A DNA stretch of 63,745 bases, filler included, from Octopus bimaculoides (GCF_001194135.2; 5 parts of 5 records of this genome joined end to end with filler, not necessarily neighbours in it); one strand, 5' to 3'. Positions 50,811 through 63,745 are shown, counted from the whole stretch's first letter. The notes: generated by a model from the sequence alone, not told the origin. Translations and numbers: made by a program.

Positions 50811-51211
50811 CTCTTTTACTCTTTTACTTGTTTCAGTCATTTGACTGTGGCCATGCTGGAGCACCGCCTTTAGTCGAGCAAATCGACCCCAGGACGTATT
50901 CTTTGTAAGCCTAGTACTTATTCTATCGGTCTCTTTTTCCAAACCGCTAAGCTACGGGGACATAAACGCACCAGCATCGGTTGTCAAGCAATGGTGGGGG
51001 GACAAACACAGACACACAAACATACACACATATACATATACATATATACGACGGGCTTCTTTCAGCTTCCGTCTAACAAATCCACTCACAACGCTTTGGT
51101 CGGCCTGAGGCTATAGTAGAAGAGACTTGCCCAAGGTGCCACGCAGTGGGACTGAACCCGGAACCATATGGTTGGTAAGCAAGCTACTTACCACACAGCC
51201 ACTCCTGCACC
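50811..51211 (-). mobile_element. tRNA-derived SINE family A, full length; further copies at about 3070-3450, 13240-13560, 26540-26920, 33655-34070, 39965-40255, 42848-43150, 49330-49705, 57780-58160
   Basis: Head GTGGCTGTGTGGTAAGTAGCTTGCTTACCAACC..GGTTCCGGGTTCAGTCCCACTGCGTGGCACCTTGGGC, internal (TA)/(TG) microsatellite, tail GGTGCTCCAGCATGGCCACAGTCAAATGACTGAAACAAGTAAAAGA. Confidence 0.9.
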
Positions 51212-51741
51212 CAAACTTTAATTAACTACTTATATTTCAATCACATAGCACTCCATTTTACTATATCTAATTGAATGCTGTTGTTTTCCCATGTAAATTA
51301 TTGTCAACAGACTACTCTCATTTTCATTTCTCTTTTGCAAATTTATCTCTCGTTTATTTTATTCGTTTCATGACTGGTTTCATATTCTTCCTTTTTTTTT
51401 GTTTTGTATTTTTTTTTGTTTCTTGTGCACACATTTTTGGCATATATTTATCACATGTAGATATACTTTTCTCAAAACATACACATTAATACACACACAT
51501 ATAAGTGTGTGTATATATGTAATATATAAATGTGTATGTATTTGTGTGTATGTGTGAATGTCTTTGGAACATGAAGAATATTAAAAGAAATTCCTGTGAG
51601 ATGATATCACCAAATTAATCCAAATATTAACCAAAAATCATTCATACTTTGACAGACTATAGACTAGGTGGAGTACAATTTGACATAATTACTAACTCTA
51701 TAAAATGTACTTGTGTATTATATATATATATATATATATAG

Positions 51742-51845
51742 GGAGCACTCTGTCGGTTATGAAAACGAGGGTCCCAGCTGATACGATCAATGGAACAGCT
51801 TGCTCATGAAATTAACATGCGAGTGGCTGAGCACTCCACAGATAT
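51742..51845 (-). mobile_element. SINE family C, 3' fragment
   Basis: rc matches TGTGGAGTGCTCAGCCACT.GCA.GTTAATTTCA.GAGCA.GCTGTTCC.TTGATCG.ATCA.CTGG.ACCCTCG. Confidence 0.7.
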
Positions 51846-51907
51846 TCCACAGGTCAACCTATGTCCCATGCATGGAATTTAGTAGATGGAAACTGAAAGA
51901 AACCCCA

Positions 51908-52004
<97 letters not shown>

Positions 52005-52530
52005 CATCTGTGCCTCCTTCTCTTGACATTACATGATAGTTGTAAATAAGTGGCACCAACATATATGTGATATTCTTCATTTTGCAATAGTCTCTGAGAA
52101 CATGTCCAGCCATGAGAAAATATTATTTTACTTGGAAACAGTAAATGTTGGTGACAGGAGGAGGACCCAGCTGAAGAAAAGCTGCTTCTAAAAATTTCAT
52201 CTGACCCATGTGAACAATGAAGCAATGATGATGGTGATGACGAAGATGATTATACAACAAGTAGATTGTTATATTAAAATATACATTGCTATTTTGCATT
52301 TGTTGCACTGGGCAAGGCGTTTCTTAGCATTTCTTGTGCTACAATCTAGCAGATGCTACAAGAATGAACTGTACAGGAATAACTTGTGAGAGCTTGAACT
52401 GTTTCTGTAATATGCAGACATGTGCATGTAGAAAGATTAGATCTAGCACTTTGTTCGGTCACAGATGTTGCTAGAGTTATTGTTACTGTCATTGCTGCTA
52501 TTGATATTATTGCTGGCAGTTTAGATCTGG

Positions 52531-52639
<109 letters not shown>

Positions 52640-52870
52640 TCATCATCATTTAACATTTGTTTTCCATGCTGGTATGGGCTGGACGGCTTGACAGGAACTG
52701 GCAAGGTCAGGAGTTGCACCAGGTTCCATTGTCTGTTTTGGCTTGGTTTCTATGTCTGGATGCCCTTCCTAATACCAGCCGCTCCACAGAGTGTACGAGG
52801 TGCTTTTTATGTGGCACTATCACCAGTGCCTTTTAAGTGACACCATTATCAGTGCTTTTTACGCGGCACT
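52640..52870 (-). mobile_element. RTE 3' UTR/tail with an expanded (GAC/GAT)n tract at 52531-52650
   Basis: rc of CCAGCCCATACCAGCATGGAAAAACAAATGTTAAATGATGATG; same tail as at 31985-32040. Confidence 0.7.
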
Positions 52871-54694
52871 ATCCTCATCCATCCATCTGTATCACATGAT
52901 CAAAAGCATTCTAGTCATATTATATATCTATAACTATGAAGGACTTTGACTGCTATTTCAAATCAGCCACTTCAAGACTCCCTAACATTATTTGAGTACA
53001 GACTGATGTTCACCAAGACTGTGTCCTAACAATCTTTCTATTCATTAAAGTTTGTGAGACTAAAAAAAAAAACAGCTGTGACTTGGCAGAAGCGTTAGCG
53101 CGCCGGTCGAAATACTTAGGGGTATTTTGTCTGCTTTTTTGTTCTGAGTTCAAATTCCACAGAGGTCGACTTTACCTTTCGTATATTTTAAAGGCGGTGC
53201 TCCAGCATGGCCGCAGTCAAATGACTGAAACAAGTAAAAGAGTAAAAGAGCTGCGACTAGTGGCTCTTGAGGAAACTTACACAATAATGACTCAGTTCTC
53301 ATAATAGAACAACTAGGTCGAAGACTATCTTTTACTTGTTTCAGTCATTTCTCAGGATCTTGAATATTACAGAAGAGATGACAAAGAACCAGTGTGACTG
53401 GTGAAATGCAGTACCTGAAAATATCTGCTCATCTTGGCAAAAGTGAGATTGAGGAAGCAAGTGTGGATATATCAAGCACAACTGGCCCCTCACCAATTTC
53501 CTCTTCAAGCCATCCCAACAATCTGTACCACTTATCTGTCTCATTGCACAAAACAGCTTCAATAGATATCTTGATTCTTAATACTGTCCCTTCAAATTTC
53601 CTTTCCTTCTCCGTCAGTATACAACTCTCACTCTCCCCATGCGCTATGCCTGCCACTTGCATTAAGCTCTTGCTACCCAACCACATAATTTCTTTCCTGT
53701 CTACTGTATCATTATTACTCTTCTGCTGTTTAATCACACACCTCCTACCACCCTCTTCCTTCCCATCTCATATGTATCATTGATCACTCCCACCCCTTAC
53801 CCATCATTCATTATACCCACCCCTCACTTCTGCCCAGTTTCTACAGTTGTCACCTACACTTCCCTATCTTCCCCACATATCCATACCTCAACACTTCATT
53901 CACTATTTTCACCTCCTCACCCATTTCCCCATCTCTACATATCTCTCACTCTTCTCATATACTCTTGTAACCGCTACCCACCTACACTTCCTGTTCTTCT
54001 GTCCTCACTCACTTCTACTCATTTTGTACTTTGAGGGATCCATCCTGACACCTCATCTCATCATCTTCATATCTTTTTTCCAGCTCCACCAAATCATTCC
54101 AACCCTCTCTTTTATGAAGTTTAGTCACACAGCTCCTACACAGAAAGAAACTTGTTCCAATCTGGACCTTCCTCTCACCTTTTTTCCTTCATCCTACAAC
54201 ATAGAGCCATCCCCTTTTTTACTCTGATCTCAATTGAAGTGGATCATCCGTTGTATGACCACCACACTAAGGCTGGTGCTACAAAGAGAAGGCAACCAGT
54301 ACATGTTGGTAAAGTGGTTGGCTTTAGATAAGAGCATCCAGCCATAGAAAATATTACATCAAAGCAGATATTGGAGCATGAAGCAGTTCTCAGATCTATT
54401 AGATCCTATCAAACTGTCGAACTCATGTCAGCATGGAACATGGACACTATATATGTTAATGATAACTATGATGATGTATATCCAAGTGTGTGTGTGTGTG
54501 TATCATCATCATCACCTTTTTAGTAATTCTATGGAAGTGACACAGAAGTGTCATCATTCATCAACTCCTGAGTCATATCATGCTTCCAATTCTTAATCAA
54601 ATACACACACATGCACATACATACATATACAATTATATACACATATATACATGTCTCTTCTAAACACTAGGGTACACAATATTGAAGAACATGG

Positions 54695-54725
<31 letters not shown>

Positions 54726-55717
54726 CATGCACGCATGTGTGTGAAGGAGGAAAGCTAGCAGTGTAAATAATTCATACAAAATTGACATAATGCGCTGAAG
54801 CAATGTAGACGCTGTCAGGTTACCAATCCTCTAAAGTTAAGATATTATCAACATAGTTATACATTGTGCAAGGAAATCCAATTTAATGTTATTTAAACAT
54901 GTTTGAGACAATAAAAATAAGAATATTAGTAACTTTAAAATCACTTTAAATATGTTAAAATATGCCAAATATTATACAAAGGGTATCAAAGTTTATAATC
55001 TTTACATCTCTAAGAAGATGAATATAGATTAATCCAAAGAGATTTCTTTTTAAATATTTCTTTTGAGTTAACATCTTTTTGTCACCATGAGTCAGAATAT
55101 TTGTTAAAAGATTTCAAAATAGCTTATGGTCGGCTTAACACTTCATATCTCTGTATTACACTGTTGACTACTTCAAAGCAATCAAAAGACTTAATTTTGT
55201 TTACATACAACTACATGCAACTTTAACATTTTGCATATATTCAGCAGTTGTTCATTTCACATATATCTTCTGCTACGTTTTGATTATTTCTCAAAGGTTA
55301 CAGACAGGACAGTTGTTATTTGTAAAATTGCACCTTCAAGCAATTGTTAGCAGAATCGTAAGCATGCCAGGCAAAATGTTTAGTGGTATTTCATCCGCAT
55401 ATATGTTCTGAGTATAAATTCAGGGTTGATAAAATAAATACCAATTGGTTACCGAGGCCAATGTAAATTGACTTCTTCCAACACACACTCGAAATTATGT
55501 TAAAATTTGAAACCATTACACACACACATACACACACAGATATATTTATTTATTTAACAGAATAAACTCTTACAACAAGGATATTTGTTTTATTTTAAAA
55601 AATATATATTTAAAAGCAAAGGAATTCAAAAAGTTCAAGAATTTATAATATAAAAACACAGGGAAAAAAAATAATGAAAATACAGCAAATATTTGAAAAC
55701 TTCTGTTGTATCTATAG

Positions 55718-55770
<53 letters not shown>

Positions 55771-56438
55771 TGTGTATTTTTTTGTCACTTTTCAGCCCTA
55801 CCCATCACTTAACAAACGATGTTGACTTGTTTTAAGTCCCCCGCCTAACTCAGTGGTTTGGCAAAAGAATCTGAAAGAATAAGTTTTATGAAATAAAAAA
55901 AAACATAATTCATGGCAGTGCTTCAATATGACCACAGTCTAATGACTGAAACAAGTAGAAGTCAGAACTAAAAAAATAGGTATTCACAGTGGAAACAGTG
56001 GGCAGAGAATATGTTGGATGTTGGAAAACGATTTAAATTTAACTAATTAAATAATGGTAAAGAATAAATCAAAGATGAGGTTGCTATGGAACATAAAGAA
56101 AATGTGAAGAATCAGACGATGGAAATTGAAAAAGAATAAATTTGGAAAGAGATAAGATTCTAGTAGAAGTAAGTTAATGGGAGAGAAAGTAAAAGATCGT
56201 TGAGAGATAAGCTTGAAAAGTGATTTAAACATCAAAGACTAATTAAAGTGAGTTAATTAAATAAACAAATAAGGAATCTGTGTGCGTTTGTGTGATGATA
56301 CATATAAAAACACACACACACACACACACATTTATACATTTTATATATATATATATAAAATGTGATTGAGGGTGCGGTGCCAAAGCAATTATACTGCTAG
56401 ACATAAGAGTTAAAGGCTCTTAATGCTGTAAGAAGAAC

Positions 56439-56482
<44 letters not shown>

Positions 56483-57039
56483 NNNNNNNNNNNNNNNNNN
56501 NNNNNNNNNNNNNNNNNNNNNNNNNNTTAATTAATTAANNNNNNNNNNNNNNNNNNNNNNNNNNNNNNNNNNNNNNNNNNNNCTCTCATAAACACGAACA
56601 CACAGAATAGAAAGTGAAGCTTTTTGCGGTTGTTACGTCAATACTGGAAGTTGACATTGAGGATCCTTTTTAAAGAAGTGAATCTTATATATAAAGCAAT
56701 ATTATTTATTTTTAATTAAAAAAAATAAAAAATGAAGAGCCTAAGATTTATCCGAGGTCAAATTATTCATGCATTACAAGTATGGAAGCATTTGGTGAAG
56801 TCGATTTCACGTGAAAAGCGATTACACACACATCTCTGTTTTATATATAGTATATATATATATATATATATGCATGTAAGTATGTATGTCTGTGTATGTA
56901 TATATGTGTGTGTGTATATGCATGTGAATTTATACACATATGAACAATTTATGTGTTTGCACATTTGTGTGCATATATGTATATGTACGTATATGCATGT
57001 ATATGTAACAAGAGGGAGAAAGAAAGTAAGACAAGGAAA

Positions 57040-57300
57040 GTTTTATATTATTATTGTTTATAGAGCCAAAGTGCAAGTAGATGGCTCGCAAGAATATAAA
57101 ACATATACAGGGGCTTCAGAAAATTCATTCAAGACTTGATTCTATCCCCACCGAAATTCTTTCCGATACCCCAAGAACAGGACAGTGTCTAGTCTTGCAA
57201 AGCATGTCTGGGAATTGAAAGAGAATGACACCTGTCCTTTCAATGAAACCTGGAAAATTCTAGAAAAAAGCATCAGCATACAGACATGGAGCTTATAAAA
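57040..57300 (+). mobile_element. Penelope-like GIY-YIG fragment
   Basis: IVYRAKVQVDGSQEYKTYTGASENSFKT*FYPHRNSFRYPKNRTVSSLAKHVWELKEND..TWKIL; one in-frame stop. Confidence 0.75.
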
Positions 57301-57359
57301 CACCTATGAAATGTAATACATTCCTGGTGTTTAATGTACCCGCACATCTGCCACAAGTA

Positions 57360-57645
57360 AAGACTACTCCATTAGTTGTCCAGTGTAATGGCTGTACTTC
57401 TTATGTGTCCATAGCTTGCATGGAGTACACCTTATGGAATTTCTCCTGACATCTTTTATACATATCAAACAGGGCCATCTCCCTGAAGGGATCTGTAATT
57501 TGTCTGTTTTCCTACTTATCAATACTTTGGTCTTTGCTAAATTAACTCTGAGGCTCTTTGATTCCTGAAATTGCTTCCATACTTGAAATTTCTTCTCTAG
57601 TTCTGATAGTGATTCAGCAATAAGAACAAGGTCATTGGCATATAA
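57360..57645 (-). mobile_element. RTE LINE fragment homologous to 30420-30920
   Basis: LYANDLVLIAESLSELEKKFQVWK...RNSIRCTPCKLWTHKKYS. Confidence 0.85.
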
Positions 57646-57779
57646 TATATATATGTATACATACATACATACATGCAGTTAAAAAAAAATCTAGTCATTG
57701 AGTGACCAGTCCCAATTGGTCACCTATATATATAGGTAGATAGATAGATAGATAGATAGATATAAATATACATATAAAT

Positions 57780-58160
57780 ATGGCTGTGTGGTAAGTAGCT
57801 TGCTTACCAACCACATGGTTACAGGTTCAGTCCCACTGCGTGGCACCTTGGGCAAGTGTCTTTTACTATAGCCTCAGGCCGACCAAAGCCTTGTGAGTGG
57901 ATTTGATAGACAGAAACTGAAAGAAGCCCGTTGTATATATGTATGTGTGTGTATATGTTTGTCCCCCAACATCGCTTGACAACCAATGCTGGTGTGTTTA
58001 TGTCCCTGTAACATAGCGCTTCAGCAAAAAGAGACTGATAGAATAAGTACTAGGCTTACAAAAGAATAAGTTCTCGGGTAAATTTGCTCAACTAAAGGTG
58101 GTGCTCCAGCATGGCCACAGTCAAATGACTGAAACAAGTAAAAGAATAAAGAATAAAAGA
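57780..58160 (+). mobile_element. tRNA-derived SINE family A, full length
   Basis: Same head, internal microsatellite and tail as 50811-51211. Confidence 0.9.
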
Positions 58161-58174
58161 ATATATATTTCTTT

Positions 58175-59250
58175 AATTTCTTGAAAGTGTTTCAGCTTTA
58201 AAGCTGCAGTCATGCTGGGGCACCACCTTTGGCTGTGCTACACCATTATTTGAAACCTTCTCTGATGTGTGGCATTTGGTGAATGAGGGAGTTTGATGCT
58301 GTTGCCCTCATCTGTGTATCCTGCCATGAGGTAGGCTCATCTGGAACCCTTGACAGGAGAAGATTGAGATTTTGTTCTACATCCACACCATCATGCAGGT
58401 CTCTCAGGCATTTTGGAAAGATATTAAAGAGTTGTGGGCCTTTGAAAACCAAACTGTTGCAGTATCTGGTCCTGTATTTTGATGGTGATGCTGGAATGTT
58501 TGGTACTATGCAGTGGCACCCTTTTCTGCTGTTTCTGTAACTTTCAATGCCAAAGTTTTGTACAAGGCTTTCCAGGATTTTCCAGATGCATATCACTGAA
58601 TATCTTTCCTGCCTTCGTTCGAGTGAGAAGAGTTTTAATTCTTTCAGTCTCTCCCAATAGCTGATACGTTGCATTGAGATAATTTTCTTTGCATAACTTT
58701 GTTGGATTGCTTTGAATTCTGCCATTAATTTTATACTTTGTGGTGACCATAGTTGGGAGCAATAGTCTAAGCGGCTGAAGATGTATGCCCTCCAAAGGAC
58801 TATCCTTGTCTCTTTTTCTCTTGTTTTGAAAGTTTGAAGGATCCATCCAACCAGCCGTCTGCATTTGATTACCAAATTAGTAATATGCACCAGGAAAGAT
58901 GCATCATTTCTCATGTCAATGCCCTGATTTTGATTCAGGGATTGCAATTCCTCCCAGGTCAGTGTATCCTATCTGCATGTGATTCAGCTTTGTGTGCTGA
59001 TAGCGGACGTTGTTGTCCTCAGCCTACCTATATATTGTGTCCAACTCCCGTTGCAGATGTGCAATATTTCCAGGAATTTGTATTGTCTGAGAGACATTTG
59101 TGTCATTTTCATAGCTAGCAAGGGAGGCTGAGCAGCTGAGGGTGAACTGAGAGGGACACTGTACATATTTCAATTTCATGTTGGTTGGGTTACACTCAGT
59201 CACAGTGCATGCACAACCTTACACATCTGTGCTCCCAGTTAAACTGTTTA
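58175..59250 (-). mobile_element. CR1-like LINE 3' portion (RT thumb to 3' UTR)
   Basis: ORF 58246-58947: GWILQTFKTRE...SRLDYCSQLWSP...SYWERLKELKLFSLERRQERY; same family as 6810-7160. Confidence 0.9.
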
Positions 59251-60019
59251 TAAATAAGCTAATAATCTGGTATAAATAAATAAGCTGGTCATGTTGATAT
59301 AATAATAAATAGGCGAAGAAAATTATACTATGTACCATACAGTATATGAATGAATTTGATGTAAGTAACTAATGCTAGCCTACTCTAAAAAAAAACACCA
59401 AGAGAGAACAAGTGGGTTTAACAATGGAAGAGGAACAATTTCAATGTGGTTAGAGTATTGCAAAGAAATAGGTAATATATCCAGAATAAAACTCTGATAA
59501 TGTTGACGACGGCAAATGTATTATAAATATTATATGCCAAAATATAGGAATAAATTCTATTTCAGTAATTATTCCTATTCATATTATGTCATATTAACAT
59601 TCATCATCAGCAACTCTTTGCTGTGTTTTCATACTTTTATTTTCCTTATCTGTCCACTATTTTACTTCCATCAAACATTGTAAAACTAAAATTTCAAAAG
59701 GTCACAGCTATAATTAACTTCTGTCAGAAATTTCACTAAAAGTAGCTCAAATAGTTAACTGATGCCCTGGTTTAGCTAAGTTTATCTATGAAATATGTCT
59801 ACAATTAAAACAAGCAAATACAACAGCTATGGCAATGAGTAAGTGACTGAAATATTGAGACACAACAAGTAAATATAACATAACATCCACTGACCTGTGT
59901 CAGTAAAGAGATCAGTATGCAAACCTATGTCGTTATTTAGACAACATGACTCCTCAGTGCTTGTATGTGCATGTATGTGCATGTATGAGTGAGTGAGTGA
60001 GTACATAACACACACACAT

Positions 60020-60070
<51 letters not shown>

Positions 60071-60305
60071 TTATAAATTGTAGATGAAACAACTTTCTTT
60101 ATGGACAACTTTTTGATTGAATATAGACTGTTTGAAAATGATATTGGGATTTCCTGTCCTACAAAAATCCAAGACCCACATTTTCATCATATGTTCCACC
60201 TTTTGCAGGTGTTCTGCAGTTCGATGCCCTTCCTATCATCAACCATTTTACAGAGTAAACCGGGGTGCATTTTACCATGACCATCATCATATTTGTATGT
60301 AAGTG

Positions 60306-60343
<38 letters not shown>

Positions 60344-60345
<2 letters not shown>

Positions 60346-61192
60346 AGGGGTGATGGGTAAATTGTCACCATTTTATATTTTTGATTTTGTGCATGTGCAT
60401 TGTTTGTTTTTGATTTTGTCAACTACACAGTATAGTAGAGTCAGTTGGGCACCCTCTGTGAGAAATTCAGTCTGACAGAACTCTGGAAACGACATGCTGT
60501 ACTGCTTGGCATTCGTGCCGGAAGCTCCAACACGACATTTCAGAGTGTCTGGGTGTCAATCTGAGAGCATGTACCGAGAGTGATAAAAATCAAACATCCA
60601 GTCAACATCATGGTGTTTGGAGTGATTACTAGTGATGGTGACATTATGCCTCCATTTATCTCACATGGCCTCAGACTCAACACGGAGGTCTACATCAAGT
60701 GCCTGGAGGAGGTAGTGCTGTCCTGGATCAAGAGAGTGGTTGCTAGAAGACCCTATGTCTGGCAACAGGACTCTGCACCATGCCACACATGCAGGAGAAC
60801 CCAGTCATGGCTGTCAGACAATTTCTGTGACCACATCACCCCTAACATCTGGCCACTTAACTCCCCAGACTGCAATGCCCTTGATTATCATGTGTGGGGT
60901 GCAGTTGAGCGAGAGACCAAAACTCCTTGTAACACCAAAGATCAACTGAAGGCAAGGATTATGGCAGCATTTACCAACTTAAACAAGGAGACTGTCCAGA
61001 AGAGTTGCAGGAGATTCTGAAGTCATCTGGAGGCCAAGGTTGAAGTCAATGGCAATTTTATTGAATAAATTTACTGTTTAGTATTTCAAGATATTTTTAT
61101 GTAATTTTGGTAAATGTATCTGTTAAAATGAGATGTCAGTGTTATTTTTCATTTATCTGTAATTTAGATGACAGTTTATTCTCTGCACCCTG
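60344..61192 (+). mobile_element. Second DD37D (maT) copy with the same internal deletion
   Basis: ORF 60580-61020 is nearly identical in peptide to 43690-44131; matching TIR-like ends. Confidence 0.88.
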
Positions 61193-62087
61193 AGTATGTA
61201 TTGCCATGATAAATCGCTGACAACTACANNNNNNNNNNNNNNNNNNNNNNNNNNNNNNNNNNNNNNNNNNNNNNNNNNNNNNNNNNNNNNNNNNNNNNNN
61301 NNNNNNNNNNNNNNNNNNNNNNNNNNNNNNNNNNNNNNNNNNNNNNNNNNNNNNNNNNNNNNNNNNNNNNNNNNNNNNNNNNNNNNNNNNNNNNNNNNNN
61401 NNNNNNNNNNNNNNNNNNNNNNNNNNNNNNNNNNNNNNNNNNNNNNNNNNNNNNNNNNNNNNNNNNNNNNNNNNNNNNNNNNNNNNNNNNNNNNNNNNNN
61501 NNNNNNNNNNNNNNNNNNNNNNNNNNNNNNNNNNNNNNNNNNNNNNNNNNTCTAATACCTTTCTCTCTCTTTCACCCTTATCTTCCCATTTCTACTTTCT
61601 GAATTATATTCACTGACCATTCTGGTACACTTTTCCTTATCTCTATTTTTATATTCCTTTTTTCCTTACTTTTCTTTATTCCTTTTATTATTTTCCTCTT
61701 CCTTTTTTCTTCTCTTTCTCCCCTTCTTTTTTTCTTCCTTTATTCCTCTCTTCCTGTTTTCGATCTGACCTTACTAATACATTCCCTACTTTTAGGTCAC
61801 TTTAAACAGAACTCTTGATTCAATAACACTGTGTATAAACTCTGTATTTGGAATGATCAATTTCTAAGGCTGTTGGATTTTACTCACAGGGTATTGGAAT
61901 CTTAATAATGGATTTACAAATGCAATGACTAATCTGAAGGACTATTGGATTTTACTCACAAGGCATTGGAATCTTATATGTATACCATTCTGCCTAAACA
62001 ATGGATTTACAAATACAATATCCCTGCATTCACTCACTATTTCCTATCTTATCTAAATTAACTATTGCTTAACCATCTTCTCACACT

Positions 62088-62135
62088 GTCTCCGATGAAG
62101 GGATATAATAAATATCCTGGAAACAGCTGTAAGAC
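62088..62135 (+). ncRNA. Minimal type I hammerhead ribozyme (U4C core variant), Penelope-associated type
   Basis: Stem I GTCT/AGAC; core CCGATGA; stem II GGGATA/TATCCT with 7-nt loop; GAAA; stem III AC-agct-GT (palindromic ACAGCTGT); GUA cleavage triplet at 62129-62131. Lies downstream of a pyrimidine-rich tract with short direct repeats. Confidence 0.7.
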
Positions 62136-62214
62136 CTTCTATTTATAAATGTTCTATAATGTACATAGCCTTGGTTTTTTTAATCTCATTACGAAAAGTA
62201 AATCCTTATATATA

Positions 62215-62467
62215 TATATATGCCAGAGGGGAAGCAGATAAGAAAAGATTTGCCAATGTTCTGCGCCGTGAAGACCAAAGACTCGAGGTAGTTTGTGTTG
62301 CAAGACGGTGTAGGAGAGAGAATAGTGATGTTGTAGGAGAGAAATGTGTACGCATGGATGATGGTACGCTTGCACTAAATGAGGATGCAAAGAAAGAGGT
62401 CTGGAGATGTCACTACGATAGATTGCTTAATAAAGAGAATGAATGGGAGAAAGAGAGCCTGCCGTAT
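62215..62467 (+). mobile_element. RTE LINE fragment (linker between endonuclease and RT)
   Basis: EADKKRFANVLRREDQR...ENSDVVGEKCVRMDDGTLALNEDAKKEVWRCHYDRLLNKENEW. Confidence 0.8.
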
Positions 62468-63029
62468 NNNNNNNNNNNNNNNNNNNNNNNNNNNNNNNNN
62501 NNNNNNNNNNNTTAATTAATTAANNNNNNNNNNNNNNNNNNNNNNNNNNNNNNNNNNNNNNNNNNNNATATATATATATATATATATACAGAAAAACAAA
62601 AGACGAGGGGATTCATAAATCCAGGTAGATATCTATAAAGCACCCAATACGAACGAATTTGTTCATGTACCTTAAACAATCAGATACGATTAAATTCACG
62701 TAGAATGAACATCCAAGGTAATATGATACATACATCTAAATATCGCTTCGAAGAATTCCAAGAAATTCAGAGAAGAACACAAGAGCAACTATGGAGAAAA
62801 TCGCATCTTTAATTGGTAATTACGACATACATTACCAATGATGGTTTCTGTTCTGCCAGAATATATTTAGACACAGAAAAATGGTATAAAATACCAGTAA
62901 AGCTAAAACATGCGAAAATACATACTAACACAACGTTATCAGTGTAATCTAGAATGGGCTACATTAAAAACGAACTAAGAACAGATCTCCAATAGATGAA
63001 CGCATGCAAAAAAAACGTTAAAACGAAAT

Positions 63030-63063
<34 letters not shown>

Positions 63064-63745
63064 TGTATGTAATGGCCTGGTAGATTCTAGAAAAGATGAA
63101 CGCATTCATAGAAGCCGTCAAAGTATATTCTAAATGTATAATATATCGAACTGACGTGAAATCATAAAGTTATTTTCTCCGTAGCACGCAATATTTCTGC
63201 CATTGAAATAACGAACGCACATTTTGATCCGTCGATGTAATATTAGCTTTGTTTTAGAAACCTGTTTCGTTGTTTAAATTGTCGTTAATGCACGCATGCA
63301 AATACATGCAAATTCACATTAATATAGATATATATGTATAAATAAGTCACTACATGTGTGGTGGGGGCGTGGGTCTGGTGCATATATTCAGAAATATATG
63401 AACATATCTGTCTACTTATATTTATATATACGTATATAGTGTCATAGTTTTATATAGAAATTCGTGTGTGACTATATCTGTTTGTGTATGCGTGAATGTG
63501 CGTGTGTGCGTGAATGTCGGTATGTGCATGCATATGTGTGTGTGTGTGTGTGTGTGTATTTATCTACGCATGCATCATTGCTTATACAGTATGTATGTAT
63601 GTATATACTTACATATATACATTTGTGTGTATATATATATAGAGAGAGAGATAGATAGATATAGATATATATATGTATGTATGTATATATGTATGCATAT
63701 GTATATATACATATATATATACATATATATATATACACATATATA

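Noticed and set aside
53394-54230. Pyrimidine-rich stretch with 100-130 aa ORFs
   Set aside because: ORFs reflect compositional bias; likely a decayed retroelement, family not supportable.
62590-62640. GGATT-cata-AATCC hairpin followed by palindrome TAGATATCTA, upstream of Penelope-like-looking sequence
   Set aside because: Lacks both CUGANGA and GAAA cores, so not callable as a ribozyme.

Overview
AT-rich, gap-containing eukaryotic draft scaffold. The repeat families look cephalopod (probably Octopus); this is inferred from recall of the repeat families, not from a search. The window is almost entirely non-coding and saturated with repeats. I can firmly support only one host coding exon: a 167-bp minus-strand exon (45137-45303) of a GALNT10-like polypeptide GalNAc-transferase, so much of the window is probably its introns. 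The rest comprises three tRNA-derived SINE families, fragments of R4/Dong, RTE, CR1-like, CRE and Penelope-like retroelements, mariner and DD37D (maT) transposons, Helitron/Helentron-type elements and microsatellites. Most notable: (1) a 2.1-kb TSD-flanked retroelement (15983-18100) encoding only a Tx1/L1-type ORF1, with a CCHC knuckle and a tandemly duplicated, unrecognised ~50-aa C-terminal domain and no reverse transcriptase; it is nested in a Helentron-like element that also carries a separate TSD-flanked 155-bp insertion of related ORF1 sequence; (2) a minimal type I hammerhead ribozyme variant at 62088-62135; (3) an 885-bp element with ~134-bp terminal inverted repeats and an unexplained coding-like core; (4) a Helitron-like element carrying degenerate TTAGGG repeats. 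Most ORFs in the supplied track are microsatellite or N-gap artefacts.
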